Origin: Ascoidea asiatica JCM 7603
Lineage: Eukaryota; Fungi; Ascomycota
Reading direction: 5' to 3'
Assembly: GCA_001600695.1 (NCBI GenBank)
Contig: BCKQ01000003.1
Coordinates: 53,572 to 117,571, forward strand
Length of the DNA: 64,000 nt
Shown: positions 27,626 to 37,564 of the stretch, in pieces
Layout: every line of letters begins with the position of its first letter
How positions within the stretch are numbered: position 1 is the first letter of the stretch
Made by a program: the position numbers and the translations under genes
Notes under the pieces: generated by a model
What the model was told of the DNA's origin: nothing
What the model saw: only the letters and a program-made list of their open reading frames with translations
Databases searched by the model: none

Positions 27626-27748
27626 TTATTTTCCACCACATGTTTTACAAGAGCCAGAAGCAGCAGTCTTTCCAGCTTCACCACCACCTAAAGCTTTAAC
27701 AGTTTGGCAATAGCCACAACCACATTTTCCTGAACAACTACAATGCAT
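27626..27748 (-). CDS. Small Cys/Gly-rich metallothionein-like protein (40 aa)
   Basis: The ATG at 27748 gives MHCSCSGKCGCGYCQTVKALGGGEAGKTAASGSCKTCGGK: 7 Cys in CxC, CxCxxC and CxxC motifs. Codon usage is host-like (GGT, GCT, TGT), and TATATAA lies ~170 bp upstream. Confidence 0.65.
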   Translation of the reverse strand: MHCSCSGKCGCGYCQTVKALGGGEAGKTAASGSCKTCGGK

Positions 27749-28578
27749 TGATATATATTTCAGACAATAATTTGAGATAAAGAATACTAAATGGAAAAGA
27801 GTAGCCAAAAGTTTTAAAATCAGAAGTAGATTAGAATTGTTACCGACAATTTAAATTACAATTTACAATTAAATTATCAAATTTCTCTAGAAAAAAAAGA
27901 GGGATAAAGTTATTCTTATATACAGCTTTGAACATCCTTTCAAAAGTATATAAATTTAAATCCTGATAAATAAAAAAAAATTTGCTTTGTCATTGAATAG
28001 CTCCCAATGAAACACCTTTAATTTCTAAGACAACATGACTCGGAATCAAAAAGAATTTTTTATTTTCAAGTACTCATTCGTTAAGATTTGTTAGTTGCCA
28101 AAAGGACAGTGAATTTTGAAAATATTATGAAAAAGAAAGTAGCTTAGAATAAAAATCATGAAGTCATCACTATATTTTTAATTGCTCAATCGATTTATGA
28201 ATCAGTCTTCCTTAAGAAAATGATTCAATTTCTGATATTATTTCAACCAAGTCTATTTTCTGAGAATTTTGCTTTCCTTACCACTATTTTACTTACTGAT
28301 TGGGGTGTGGTTTTGTGGAAAAAAAGCAGTTTTTCTTCACAAAAAAAAGAGTTTGTATAGCGGCAAAGACCCTACTCAAAAGCTAGAGACGCTAATAAAA
28401 GAAGAACACAAGGAAAAGCATTGAAGGTTCTAATATATATTTTAATCGCAACAATGTTTCAATTCAGGCTCAAAAATTATTGAAAAAGGTCAAAATTATT
28501 TTTTAATATAGTATTAGATATTCCAAAAGGTCGCATTCAATTCTTTTGAGTTTTACGTCAAAGTTTTACTAGAAATAA

Positions 28579-29769
28579 ATGAAAAGTTTTTGTTTACTCT
28601 TAACATATTATTTCTTTCAAGTTTTATCAATAACAAATTATTCAAGTAATATATACAACCAATTAAGAGAAGTTGCAAACTTTACATCAGTTTCAGAATG
28701 TATCATTAGTCATTATCAATCATCATTAATTTTGAATCCAAATAAGTTTGAGTGTCCATTAGAATTTTGTAAAGATAATGAAGAGAAAATTGGTACAATT
28801 GAAATTTTTGGACCTGGTGATGATATATATCTTAGAGGAATCTCGGGATCAGGATATGTTGCATTAGATTATATTGGTAAAAGAATTGTAATTGTTTTTA
28901 GAGGAACTATATCTATTGGTGATGTAATTTCTGATATGTATGCTGTTCGTGTTCCTTATAAACCTTTAACCTATAAAAGCAATTTCAAAAATGGTATTGT
29001 TAAACGGGTAGATAAGAAGAGATATGGTTTAACTAAATATATTACTTACAGTAAATTTGAAAGTAATAAAATATTCGAGAATATTAATAAGTTTAGTTTT
29101 TTAAAGTTCCGTCAAGATGAAAATGGTTGTAAGAATTGCAAAGTTCATAAAGGGTTTTATTTTGGCTTAAAAGCATTTTTCAAGAGCCTAATTCCATTAA
29201 TTCAAAAACTAAAAAAGGACTATCCAGATTATTCAATTTTAGTTTCTGGATATTCATTAGGAGCAGCATTTGCAAACTTAGTAGGAATTGAACTTCAATT
29301 AATGGGATATGAGCCACTAATTATAACTATTGGTGGGCCTAAAGTTGGAAATATAAATTTTAATCAATGGAGCGATAAGATTTTTAACTCAATTGAATTA
29401 AACAACAAAATTTTAAATGAGACTATTACTGAATTAACTAAAGGCTATTGGAGAGTTGTATCAAAGAATGATTTCATACCATTGATTCCTCCGAGCAAAT
29501 TTTACTCGCATAGTGGATTAGAATTTTCAATAGAACAATCAAATATTTTACCACAAAGACAATTTGATACAAAATATACAGGATTATATGATCATGAAAG
29601 TTTTCTTTCAAAAATTGATATTACTAAGCTAATTAATAAAGCTGATATTTTGCATATTGGTATTCATACAAAATACTTTTTCGTCCAAACAACTTGTGTT
29701 CCATTAAGTATTGGAATTAAAGAATTTTACAGGCAAAAACTACAAAGTCTTAAAACTTTCATGATCTGA
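28579..29769 (+). CDS. Secreted class-3 (Lipase_3) triacylglycerol lipase, YJR107W/LIH1-like
   Basis: Hydrophobic N-terminus, GYVALD..IVIVFRGT, CKVHKGF, nucleophile elbow GYSLG, RVVSKNDFIPLIPP (Asp) and HTKYF (His). Confidence 0.85.
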   Translation: MKSFCLLLTYYFFQVLSITNYSSNIYNQLREVANFTSVSECIISHYQSSLILNPNKFECPLEFCKDNEEKIGTIEIFGPGDDIYLRGISGSGYVALDYIGKRIVIVFRGTISIGDVISDMYAVRVPYKPLTYKSNFKNGIVKRVDKKRYGLTKYITYSKFESNKIFENINKFSFLKFRQDENGCKNCKVHKGFYFGLKAFFKSLIPLIQKLKKDYPDYSILVSGYSLGAAFANLVGIELQLMGYEPLIITIGGPKVGNINFNQWSDKIFNSIELNNKILNETITELTKGYWRVVSKNDFIPLIPPSKFYSHSGLEFSIEQSNILPQRQFDTKYTGLYDHESFLSKIDITKLINKADILHIGIHTKYFFVQTTCVPLSIGIKEFYRQKLQSLKTFMI

Positions 29770-30549
29770 TAGTATTAATGTACAGTATGTTATCGACTCT
29801 TTTTTTTTTGTATTTTTTTGCGCTTTATTTGGATTTATTCTTGTTACATTTTACATTTTATCTGATTGATTAGCGTTAGTAGTACTGGCCCAAAGCATTA
29901 CAGTACTCTTCTATCTTTTGTCTTCAAAGTAGCAAAACCAACTGAGTTTTTTTTGTTTTTTTGCCATATTCTTTTCTCAATAAATAATCTTGCTAAACTG
30001 TTAAATTATCATATCTGTAGTAGTAAAATTCTTCTTGTGACCAAATTTGTGGTTTCTTTTCTAAACGTGTTTTGCAGCACACTTCGCAGGTGAGCACAGT
30101 TGCATTGTCTTCCCGCAGAACTGGCATAATCCTGAGAGTTAAAGACACCAGAAGCACGGGTCTTCTTTTATTTTCTGTTGACAATAGCTACTGTTGACAG
30201 GTCAGCCCCGGATTCCAGACCCTAAGTTTAATTCACAGTCAATTGCAGAAGCCGAATTTCAATTCTAAAACTTATATTAATGTTATAATGGAAATATAAC
30301 AGATTTACAATATCCATTATAAAATATCAATTATCACCTCAACGATTTCCTATTCATAAAAGAAATAGTTTTTGTTCAGAACTTCTTACAAAGTTTTATA
30401 ACTTTTTGAAGTGAAATATATGTGGTAAAGCAAATGAAAAATCCTGAGAAGTTTATAGACAAAAAGATTACTTATATGAAAAACTTATTTATCGACTATC
30501 AATTAATGTCCTCCAGTTGCAATTCTGTTTCACTAGATTTTATTAAAAT

Positions 30550-32181
30550 ATGATAAACTCGACTAAAAAATTTCTAATATTTCTATCATGTATTTTTTTA
30601 GATATATTATGTGGAACTTTATATCTTTATTCTTCTTTCAGTCCTCAATATGCTTTGAGATTAAATTATTCGGCTACTCAAGCTTCAAATCTAGCAATGG
30701 CTGGTAATATAGGTAATTCAATTTTTGGCCCTTTTATTGGTTTAATGGTAGATAACTTCAATTTTACATTACCTATTTCAATTGGCTCAATTTTTTTATC
30801 CTTGAATTATTTCTTACTAAATTTACAATTTTTAAAAAAAATTTCAAATTTTTATTTGAGTATTTTGATATTTTTTAACATTGGAATTTCTGGAACTTTT
30901 ATTTATTGTTCTGTACTAAAACTAAGTGCTCTTCTTTATCCTAAAAACACTGGTTTATCAACAAGCATTCCGATTTCTTTTATTGGTTTGTCTGCTTTAT
31001 TTTATGCTCTAATTAACTCCATTTTCTTCATTGGAAACACTTCAGGCTTATTATATTTTTTATCTTTCAGTTCTCTATTTATTTTTCTAATTTCTTTCTA
31101 TTTTATTTTGCTTGCTGACAAAAATTATTCAAAAAAAAAAATCATTAATAACAATTCTAGTACTAATATAACTGATCAAGATTTTTCAACGACTTTGGAA
31201 ACTTCAATATCAAATAATACTGAATCCTTTGAATTATCAAATCTTTCATCCCCCACTAGAACTTTTGATACTTTTGATAGTAATATTTTACATAATCATA
31301 ATAATATTCATAATAATAGCCATAATAATAATCATAATCATATTCACAGTAATAGTAATAGTAATAGTAATATTACTTCATTTATCAAAACGGTACCTGT
31401 AAATAATGATATAACTGGTATAGGCTTATTTAAAACAATTCAATTTTGGTTAATTTGCTTAATAATTGGAATCTTAGCTTCAATTGGTCAAATGATAATT
31501 TTTCAAGTCGGTTACATTATTAAATCCTTATGGATTGAAAAGTTGCTTGAAGAAAAAAATTTAGAGATAAATTCAGACCTAAATTCCGAATTTTTAGAAG
31601 ATTCAAACTTAATTATTCAAAATAGTCAAAATTTTCATGTTGGACTATTATCTTTGGCAAATTGTCTTGGTAGATTATTAGCAGGGTTTTTGTCAGACTC
31701 TTTCAAAAAATATTTCAATTCAAGAAATTGGGTTTCTTTATTACCTACTATTCTACTATTATATTCCCTAATTTCAATTTATACTTTAAATGATATTGAT
31801 TATCTAGGTATTTATACTTTCTTAATTGGTATATCATATGGCATGACTTGGAGTTTATTTCCTAGTATAACAATCGATTCATTTGGTTTAAATCATTTCT
31901 CAACAAATTGGGGTATTATAGCGACTTCCGCTGTTGTACCTTCCTATATTTTCAATCTTTTATTTGGAATCATTTATGACTCAAACTCTATAACTATCAA
32001 TATATCAGACACTAATGAATCTATTTCCATTTGCGAGATTGGTGATTTATGTTATAATAAAGTTATTCTTTATTCTATTTATTCTTGTATTCTTTTAATA
32101 TTTGTAATCGCATTCATGATGTATGATATATATAAAAAAAGAGAGATTTTATACACCAGATTAGAAAGTCAAATTGAATAA
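30550..32181 (+). CDS. MCH1: MFS transporter, Mch1/nodulin-like family
   Basis: About 12 hydrophobic segments, GTLYLYSSFSPQ, SLANCLGRLLAGFLSD, FGLNHFSTNWG and a C-terminal C..G..CY. Confidence 0.65.
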   Translation: MINSTKKFLIFLSCIFLDILCGTLYLYSSFSPQYALRLNYSATQASNLAMAGNIGNSIFGPFIGLMVDNFNFTLPISIGSIFLSLNYFLLNLQFLKKISNFYLSILIFFNIGISGTFIYCSVLKLSALLYPKNTGLSTSIPISFIGLSALFYALINSIFFIGNTSGLLYFLSFSSLFIFLISFYFILLADKNYSKKKIINNNSSTNITDQDFSTTLETSISNNTESFELSNLSSPTRTFDTFDSNILHNHNNIHNNSHNNNHNHIHSNSNSNSNITSFIKTVPVNNDITGIGLFKTIQFWLICLIIGILASIGQMIIFQVGYIIKSLWIEKLLEEKNLEINSDLNSEFLEDSNLIIQNSQNFHVGLLSLANCLGRLLAGFLSDSFKKYFNSRNWVSLLPTILLLYSLISIYTLNDIDYLGIYTFLIGISYGMTWSLFPSITIDSFGLNHFSTNWGIIATSAVVPSYIFNLLFGIIYDSNSITINISDTNESISICEIGDLCYNKVILYSIYSCILLIFVIAFMMYDIYKKREILYTRLESQIE

Positions 32182-32666
32182 TTAATTTAATGTATAATAT
32201 ATAATTTTATAAAAAAATAATTGGAACTGTAAATTGAATGAAATAAAAAAGAAAGAACTGTAAAATCTTGATACAATTATAATTGGTTTTTTAAAAAAAA
32301 AGTTTAAGCCTAATGAATTAAGTGAAATGAAAGAAAATGAAGTTTGATCGGCCGAAAAAGGTTGAAAAGGCTATTCTTCTGCTAATCTCGGAGAAGAAAG
32401 GAAATACTTATTCCTCAAAGTCTAAAAGTTTTTAAAATTAAAAGTCTTTGCAAAATTATATTTGCAATCATCTTGATTTTTCTGTTTATGATTATTTCAT
32501 TTATTGAAAATACAGATCACCTTAAAATTTATATCCCAGAACAATTTTATAAGCTCCTTTCTTAATATCTCAGATTACATCTCAAATATTCTTAATTCAT
32601 AATATACTTATTATTTATTGATTATTCGAATACTTCATATATATTAATACACTCAAAACTCTGAAT

Positions 32667-34325
32667 CTAATTTACTTCGGTAGCTGTTTCTTTTGATGAT
32701 TCATCGAGAATAAGTTTGTTGATTTCTTCTTTTTCAATTTTCACTTCTTTTTCATTTCCTTTTCTTGATCCATTCTGTTTTATTTTCTTATTCTCTTTAA
32801 CATTTTCATCATTTTCCTTTTCATTTATTTCATTCGCTTCATTTTCTCTTGCTCTCTTTTTATTTCTATCACTATTTTCATCTTCTGGAGGCGGAATAAA
32901 CCATGGGATTTTACCTCTTATAAAATCATTAATAATTTTTATTGATACTCCATGTACATCTATTTCACCACCTTTCATTAATTTTCCAGTTTTTTTACCA
33001 ATTTTTTCTAAAAACAAAACAGGATCGTTATCCCAACCTGATATTTCATAAGTTCTTTCTAAATGCTTAGTTTGACATCTAGAGAGCAACCCATGTATAT
33101 ATTGATCAGGATGGGAAACATTTTCAATTCTTACAACCCCTTTAAATAATAAATCTTCTTCAGTATCAGTTAATGAAGGTGGAACAATACCTGGACAATC
33201 GATTAAAAAAATTCTTTTCATTAAAGTGATATACTGCCAAACCTTTGTTTCACCTGGTATTGGTGCAACAGTACAAACTTTTTTATTTCTTAAAGTATTT
33301 ATGATTGAAGATTTTCCCACATTTGGATAACCAATGAAACCAATTGATATTTGCTTTCTATCAGAATGTAATTGAGAAAATTGTCTCAATAATTGAATTA
33401 AAGAACCCTTACCAAAAGAATTCTTAATTGAAGCATGAAAGGCTAAAGTTGGAACCTCTTTAGACAAATGTTTTACCCATGCAGCAACAGCCCAAGTAGG
33501 TATTAAATCACTTTTATTCAAAACAAAAATTAAGTGTTTATGAGAACATTCGGTTTTAATATACTCTTCAATTTTCTTACATCTTGTACCCATTGGATCT
33601 CTTGCATCTAAAACTTGAATTACAACATCCGAAGAATCAATAACTTTATATAATTCATTCCAAATTCTTTTCGATTGACCTTTACTGAAAATTGCATCTT
33701 TCGCAACGGAGGATAAATTTTCACTATCATTATCATTAGAATATCTATTCATTAAACCTAAAGTAGAGTTTAATTCAACTTTTTCTTCAAAATCTTTATT
33801 ATCATCGTTTGTTTGATTGATTAATTCATCCAAATTTGAAAATTTTAAATTTTGATTTTTTTTGCTCAAAATTAAGTTCGATTTGTTCTTATTATCATCA
33901 TCAATATTAGCATTTATTTTTTTATTAAGTAAATCTTTATTGGCAATTTGATCAGGATTGAAATTATCATTTAATTTGCTTTCTTGTAACAAACTTAATG
34001 GAATTTTATTTCTTTTCAATAAAACATTATAGCTATTAGAATCTTCGTCATTTAATTTTTTATCAATAGCATCCCTGAAATGAGTTAAAGCATCCTGAGA
34101 AATTACTCTTGTATTATTAAACCACTTTCTATTGGGGTCAATACGAGCTGTTGGAACTTCAGCACTTTGCAACACACTTGAACCTTGTTTATACATATTC
34201 ATTAATTTTGTTGCTTTGGTCCCTCTATAAAAATTTTCACCTTTGACCTTTAGATTGGCAAAAGCATTACCAGAGTTAGCATTTTCTCTTGTTCTTCTAC
34301 TCTTCTCTTTCTTGAACTTTCCCAT
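32667..34325 (-). CDS. NOG2: Nucleolar circularly permuted GTPase for 60S biogenesis
   Basis: [48 protein letters not shown] and RGKIPWF in a single uninterrupted ORF. Confidence 0.97.
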   Translation of the reverse strand: MGKFKKEKSRRTRENANSGNAFANLKVKGENFYRGTKATKLMNMYKQGSSVLQSAEVPTARIDPNRKWFNNTRVISQDALTHFRDAIDKKLNDEDSNSYNVLLKRNKIPLSLLQESKLNDNFNPDQIANKDLLNKKINANIDDDNKNKSNLILSKKNQNLKFSNLDELINQTNDDNKDFEEKVELNSTLGLMNRYSNDNDSENLSSVAKDAIFSKGQSKRIWNELYKVIDSSDVVIQVLDARDPMGTRCKKIEEYIKTECSHKHLIFVLNKSDLIPTWAVAAWVKHLSKEVPTLAFHASIKNSFGKGSLIQLLRQFSQLHSDRKQISIGFIGYPNVGKSSIINTLRNKKVCTVAPIPGETKVWQYITLMKRIFLIDCPGIVPPSLTDTEEDLLFKGVVRIENVSHPDQYIHGLLSRCQTKHLERTYEISGWDNDPVLFLEKIGKKTGKLMKGGEIDVHGVSIKIINDFIRGKIPWFIPPPEDENSDRNKKRARENEANEINEKENDENVKENKKIKQNGSRKGNEKEVKIEKEEINKLILDESSKETATEVN

Positions 34326-34835
34326 TGCATATATTCCTTTTACAAAATCAAGTAATCTTTTATCTAGTTTAAATTTATATAGAATCTTAAATCAAACCAA
34401 GTTAGTCTTATATTGTATGAGAGTTAAAATATATAAACTAAAATAACTTTTTAATTATAGTATCTTTATTTTTTCAAATAACCTCGCAAAAGTTCAAGAA
34501 AATATTCTTCTTAGGAAGCTGCTAAAAAAAAATTTTATTGACTGAAAAAAGACAATATTCCGCCTCACAATGGCGGTGCACGTTTTAAAACACCTGAGGC
34601 GCAGTTATATTTTAATTGTGCTAAAAATGCGGAGCCTATCTCACAAAACTGCGCGTAGAACCTTAATTGGTGTTTCTCAGTAACTTTTCAATGCAATTAA
34701 ATGAAAAAATAAAAGTAAATAGGTGTGACAAGTAACATACATCTTGAACATACATATCGAAGGATTTAAATAAAATAATTTTGATTTACTTATTCAATAT
34801 CTAACTATATATTGAATCATATAAATAGTATATAA

Positions 34836-36458
34836 TCAACGAGCAAACAATATATCGTCTTCGTCATCTTCGTCTTCATATTTTTCTGAATCCTCTTCTT
34901 CTGGAGAGTTATAATCACTCCCATCTTCACTTTCACTATCCTCATATTCGTTTCCTGATGTTGAATTGAGATTCATACCTTCGATTTCTTTATTTAAAGC
35001 ATCAATTGAAAATGATAATAATGTTTCTCCTTTGATCATAGTCTTCGGTTTAACTTTATAGTTGCTTTCAATATAACAATTATTTAATTTTGATTTATTT
35101 TCAATTAAAACTTTATTTCCAACAATGCAATTTTCTAAAACAACTTCATCATTTAGAGTTACATTATCTAAGATAACTGATCCAGTTAATCTACATTTTT
35201 TTCCAATTTTACAATCTTTACCAATTATTGTCTTCTTAATATTTGAGTATAAATCAATAGTTGAATTGCTACCGATTAATGAGTCGATACTGATATTTGC
35301 TGATCCATTTTCTTTACTTCCATTTTCCTTCGCTAGAGAATTTTGGCGTTGATGTTGTGCATGCTGCGCATTCTGAAGGTGTGACTGTTGTGATTGAGAT
35401 TGTATTAGTTGTGATTGTTGTTCATTAGGAAATTTATATAAAGGGGGTTCATTTGAATTTGATATATTGCTCAATAAATTCTCTTTCATTATATATCTGT
35501 TAGCCTCTAAATATAAGTTCAAAGTGTTTGCTCTGATAAAAGTGCATTTGTCTGGCAATATGAATAAGTTAATATTTTCTTTTACTTCTTTATGCTTCCA
35601 AGATCTTTTACAGAAATCATTGATAATTTGATTGATTGATTTATTTTTTATATTATAATTTTTTTTAGTAGATACTGATTCTTTTAGAATGTTTAAAAAA
35701 TCTGTCGACAAAAAAAAAATAAATGAACTTATTAAATTTAATGAAACTTTTACATTGGAATTTCTCCATAGCATTTGAGATCTCAAACTTAAAAATTTTT
35801 TAGATTCAACAGAATCCTTTGAAAATGAATCTAGTAAATAATTATCCCCATTTAAACTTTCGGTATATAGTGTGAAGAAACTTTTAAACTCTTTGCTTGT
35901 ATCAATGTTTGATAGATTATTCTTATAATAACATGCCATTGCAATATCTTTTTGCTCTTTAATTCTAAATTGTTCAATAAAAATTATTGGATGTAAATCT
36001 GTTATAAAATCACATGGCAATAAAACTATATTGGAATTAAGTTCAATAGAGTTAATTACTGTATTTAAAATATTTCCTGAAACATCTGGATTTAAATTTA
36101 TAACTGGTCTTCTATCATCGTTATTATTATTAATATTATTACTATTATTATTGTTGTTGTTTTTGGTCTCTTCTTCAAGGACAATTAAGTTAATACTACT
36201 AGAAATTGACTTGACTTCAGCTGATCTTGTTGTAGTTTGATAGTCGCTGATCAGAATTTGCAACCTATCTTTTGAATCAGTATCTGTTATTATTGAAATA
36301 TCCTTGAATGGAGCTTGATCACACCATTCTAGTACATATAGGATCATTGGTTTATTAGCAATTGGTAAAAGAGCCTTAGGAACCCCAGAGGGACGAACTG
36401 TTGAAAAAGGTGAAAGGGAATTACCTTTTCCACAACATATTACAGCATGAAACTCCAT
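34836..36458 (-). CDS. GCD1: Translation initiation factor eIF2B gamma subunit
   Basis: MEFHAVICCGKG..PKALLPIANKPMI..VLEWC, LPCDFITD, left-handed beta-helix repeats and an acidic tail ending LFAR. Confidence 0.92.
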   Translation of the reverse strand: MEFHAVICCGKGNSLSPFSTVRPSGVPKALLPIANKPMILYVLEWCDQAPFKDISIITDTDSKDRLQILISDYQTTTRSAEVKSISSSINLIVLEEETKNNNNNNSNNINNNNDDRRPVINLNPDVSGNILNTVINSIELNSNIVLLPCDFITDLHPIIFIEQFRIKEQKDIAMACYYKNNLSNIDTSKEFKSFFTLYTESLNGDNYLLDSFSKDSVESKKFLSLRSQMLWRNSNVKVSLNLISSFIFFLSTDFLNILKESVSTKKNYNIKNKSINQIINDFCKRSWKHKEVKENINLFILPDKCTFIRANTLNLYLEANRYIMKENLLSNISNSNEPPLYKFPNEQQSQLIQSQSQQSHLQNAQHAQHQRQNSLAKENGSKENGSANISIDSLIGSNSTIDLYSNIKKTIIGKDCKIGKKCRLTGSVILDNVTLNDEVVLENCIVGNKVLIENKSKLNNCYIESNYKVKPKTMIKGETLLSFSIDALNKEIEGMNLNSTSGNEYEDSESEDGSDYNSPEEEDSEKYEDEDDEDDILFAR

Positions 36459-36600
36459 TCAGATAAAAATGATATATAATGATTTAAATTGATAATATTT
36501 GATAACAAAAAGAAGCTACTGAAGTATAATATTTCTCTCAAAATAAATTATAAATAATAAATTATCCAAAAAGAAGCTTTAAATTTCATTCTTTTCACAA

Positions 36601-36628
36601 TGAGTCAGTATATATATAGCCCGGGTAA
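36601..36628. promoter_or_regulatory. Gcn4/AP-1 site (TGAGTCA), TATA and Reb1 site (CCGGGTAA) in the divergent GCD1-NAT3 promoter
   Basis: Exact consensus matches at 36601-36607, 36609-36618 and 36621-36628. Confidence 0.5.
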
Positions 36629-36850
36629 TCCATGCTCAGCTTAACTTTTTAGCAACACTACTTGTCGGTATTCAAAACTATGTAAAATTATTCAACTACT
36701 GTTCAGTATTTATCATAAGTCAAGTAATTTTAAACACAAGGAATCAAAAATATATAATCTAAGTAGAGCTGAATGGTAGTTGAATTTTCGGATTTGCAAA
36801 TTTAAAAACAAAAGTAGTTTTGCTTTATTTTTTTTCTCTTTCAGCCAATT

Positions 36851-37453
36851 ATGACTTCAATCAAACCATTCAAAGCAACTGATTTATTTGATATTAATCC
36901 AATAAATTTAGATGTTCTCACCGAGAATTTCCCTTTATATTTCTATTTTCAATATTTAACAGAATGGCCTACACTAGTTTTTAAATCTATAGAAGTGTTC
37001 AATAAAAATCATAGATCAATCAATCTTGATAAAACAACTATTTCTGGTTATATGGTAGGCAAGACGGAAGGTTCTGGTAAAGAATGGCATACCCATATTA
37101 CTGCAGTTACAGTTAATTCAAATTATAGAAGATTATCTTTGGCTTCTAAATTATGTTTGATTTTAGAGAATTTTACTAAAAGTGATCCTTACCATTCATA
37201 TTTTATTGACTTATTTGTAAAAGTTACAAATTCATTAGCTCAAAATTTGTATGAGAAACTAAACTATTCCGTTTATAGAAGAGTAGTTGGTTATTATGGC
37301 TCTGATTCCGATGATGTTTATGATCGAAATAGAATAAATGATACAATTGATGCTTATGACATGAGAAAATCATTACCTAGAGATATCAACAATGAAACTG
37401 TGCGAAAAAACGGTAAAAAATTCAATGCCTTGCCTTCTGAAATTATCTTTTAA
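36851..37453 (+). CDS. NAT3: NatB N-terminal acetyltransferase catalytic subunit
   Basis: MTSIKPF.ATDLF..N..NLD.LTENF, EWHTHITAVTV..YRR, FIDLFV, YSVYRRVVGYY and DAYDMRKSL.RD. Confidence 0.95.
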   Translation: MTSIKPFKATDLFDINPINLDVLTENFPLYFYFQYLTEWPTLVFKSIEVFNKNHRSINLDKTTISGYMVGKTEGSGKEWHTHITAVTVNSNYRRLSLASKLCLILENFTKSDPYHSYFIDLFVKVTNSLAQNLYEKLNYSVYRRVVGYYGSDSDDVYDRNRINDTIDAYDMRKSLPRDINNETVRKNGKKFNALPSEIIF

Positions 37454-37564
37454 TGATTTTTATTTACCTTTACATAGCCATTTACATGAATAAATACAGT
37501 ATTAATCTTTAAAGTTACATTTATTTTATACTATACTGTATGTTTATATAGTATAATTTCATAT

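Noticed and set aside
29870-32600. Partial resemblance to RNase P/MRP, SRP, U19/snR191 or telomerase RNA motifs (GAAATTCGG, CCTGAGAG, GGAGCTTA)
   Set aside because: The partner conserved regions are missing or in the wrong order or strand, so no named ncRNA was called.
36820-36850. Polypyrimidine tract plus CAG just before the NAT3 ATG (possible 5' UTR intron)
   Set aside because: No canonical branchpoint or donor site upstream.
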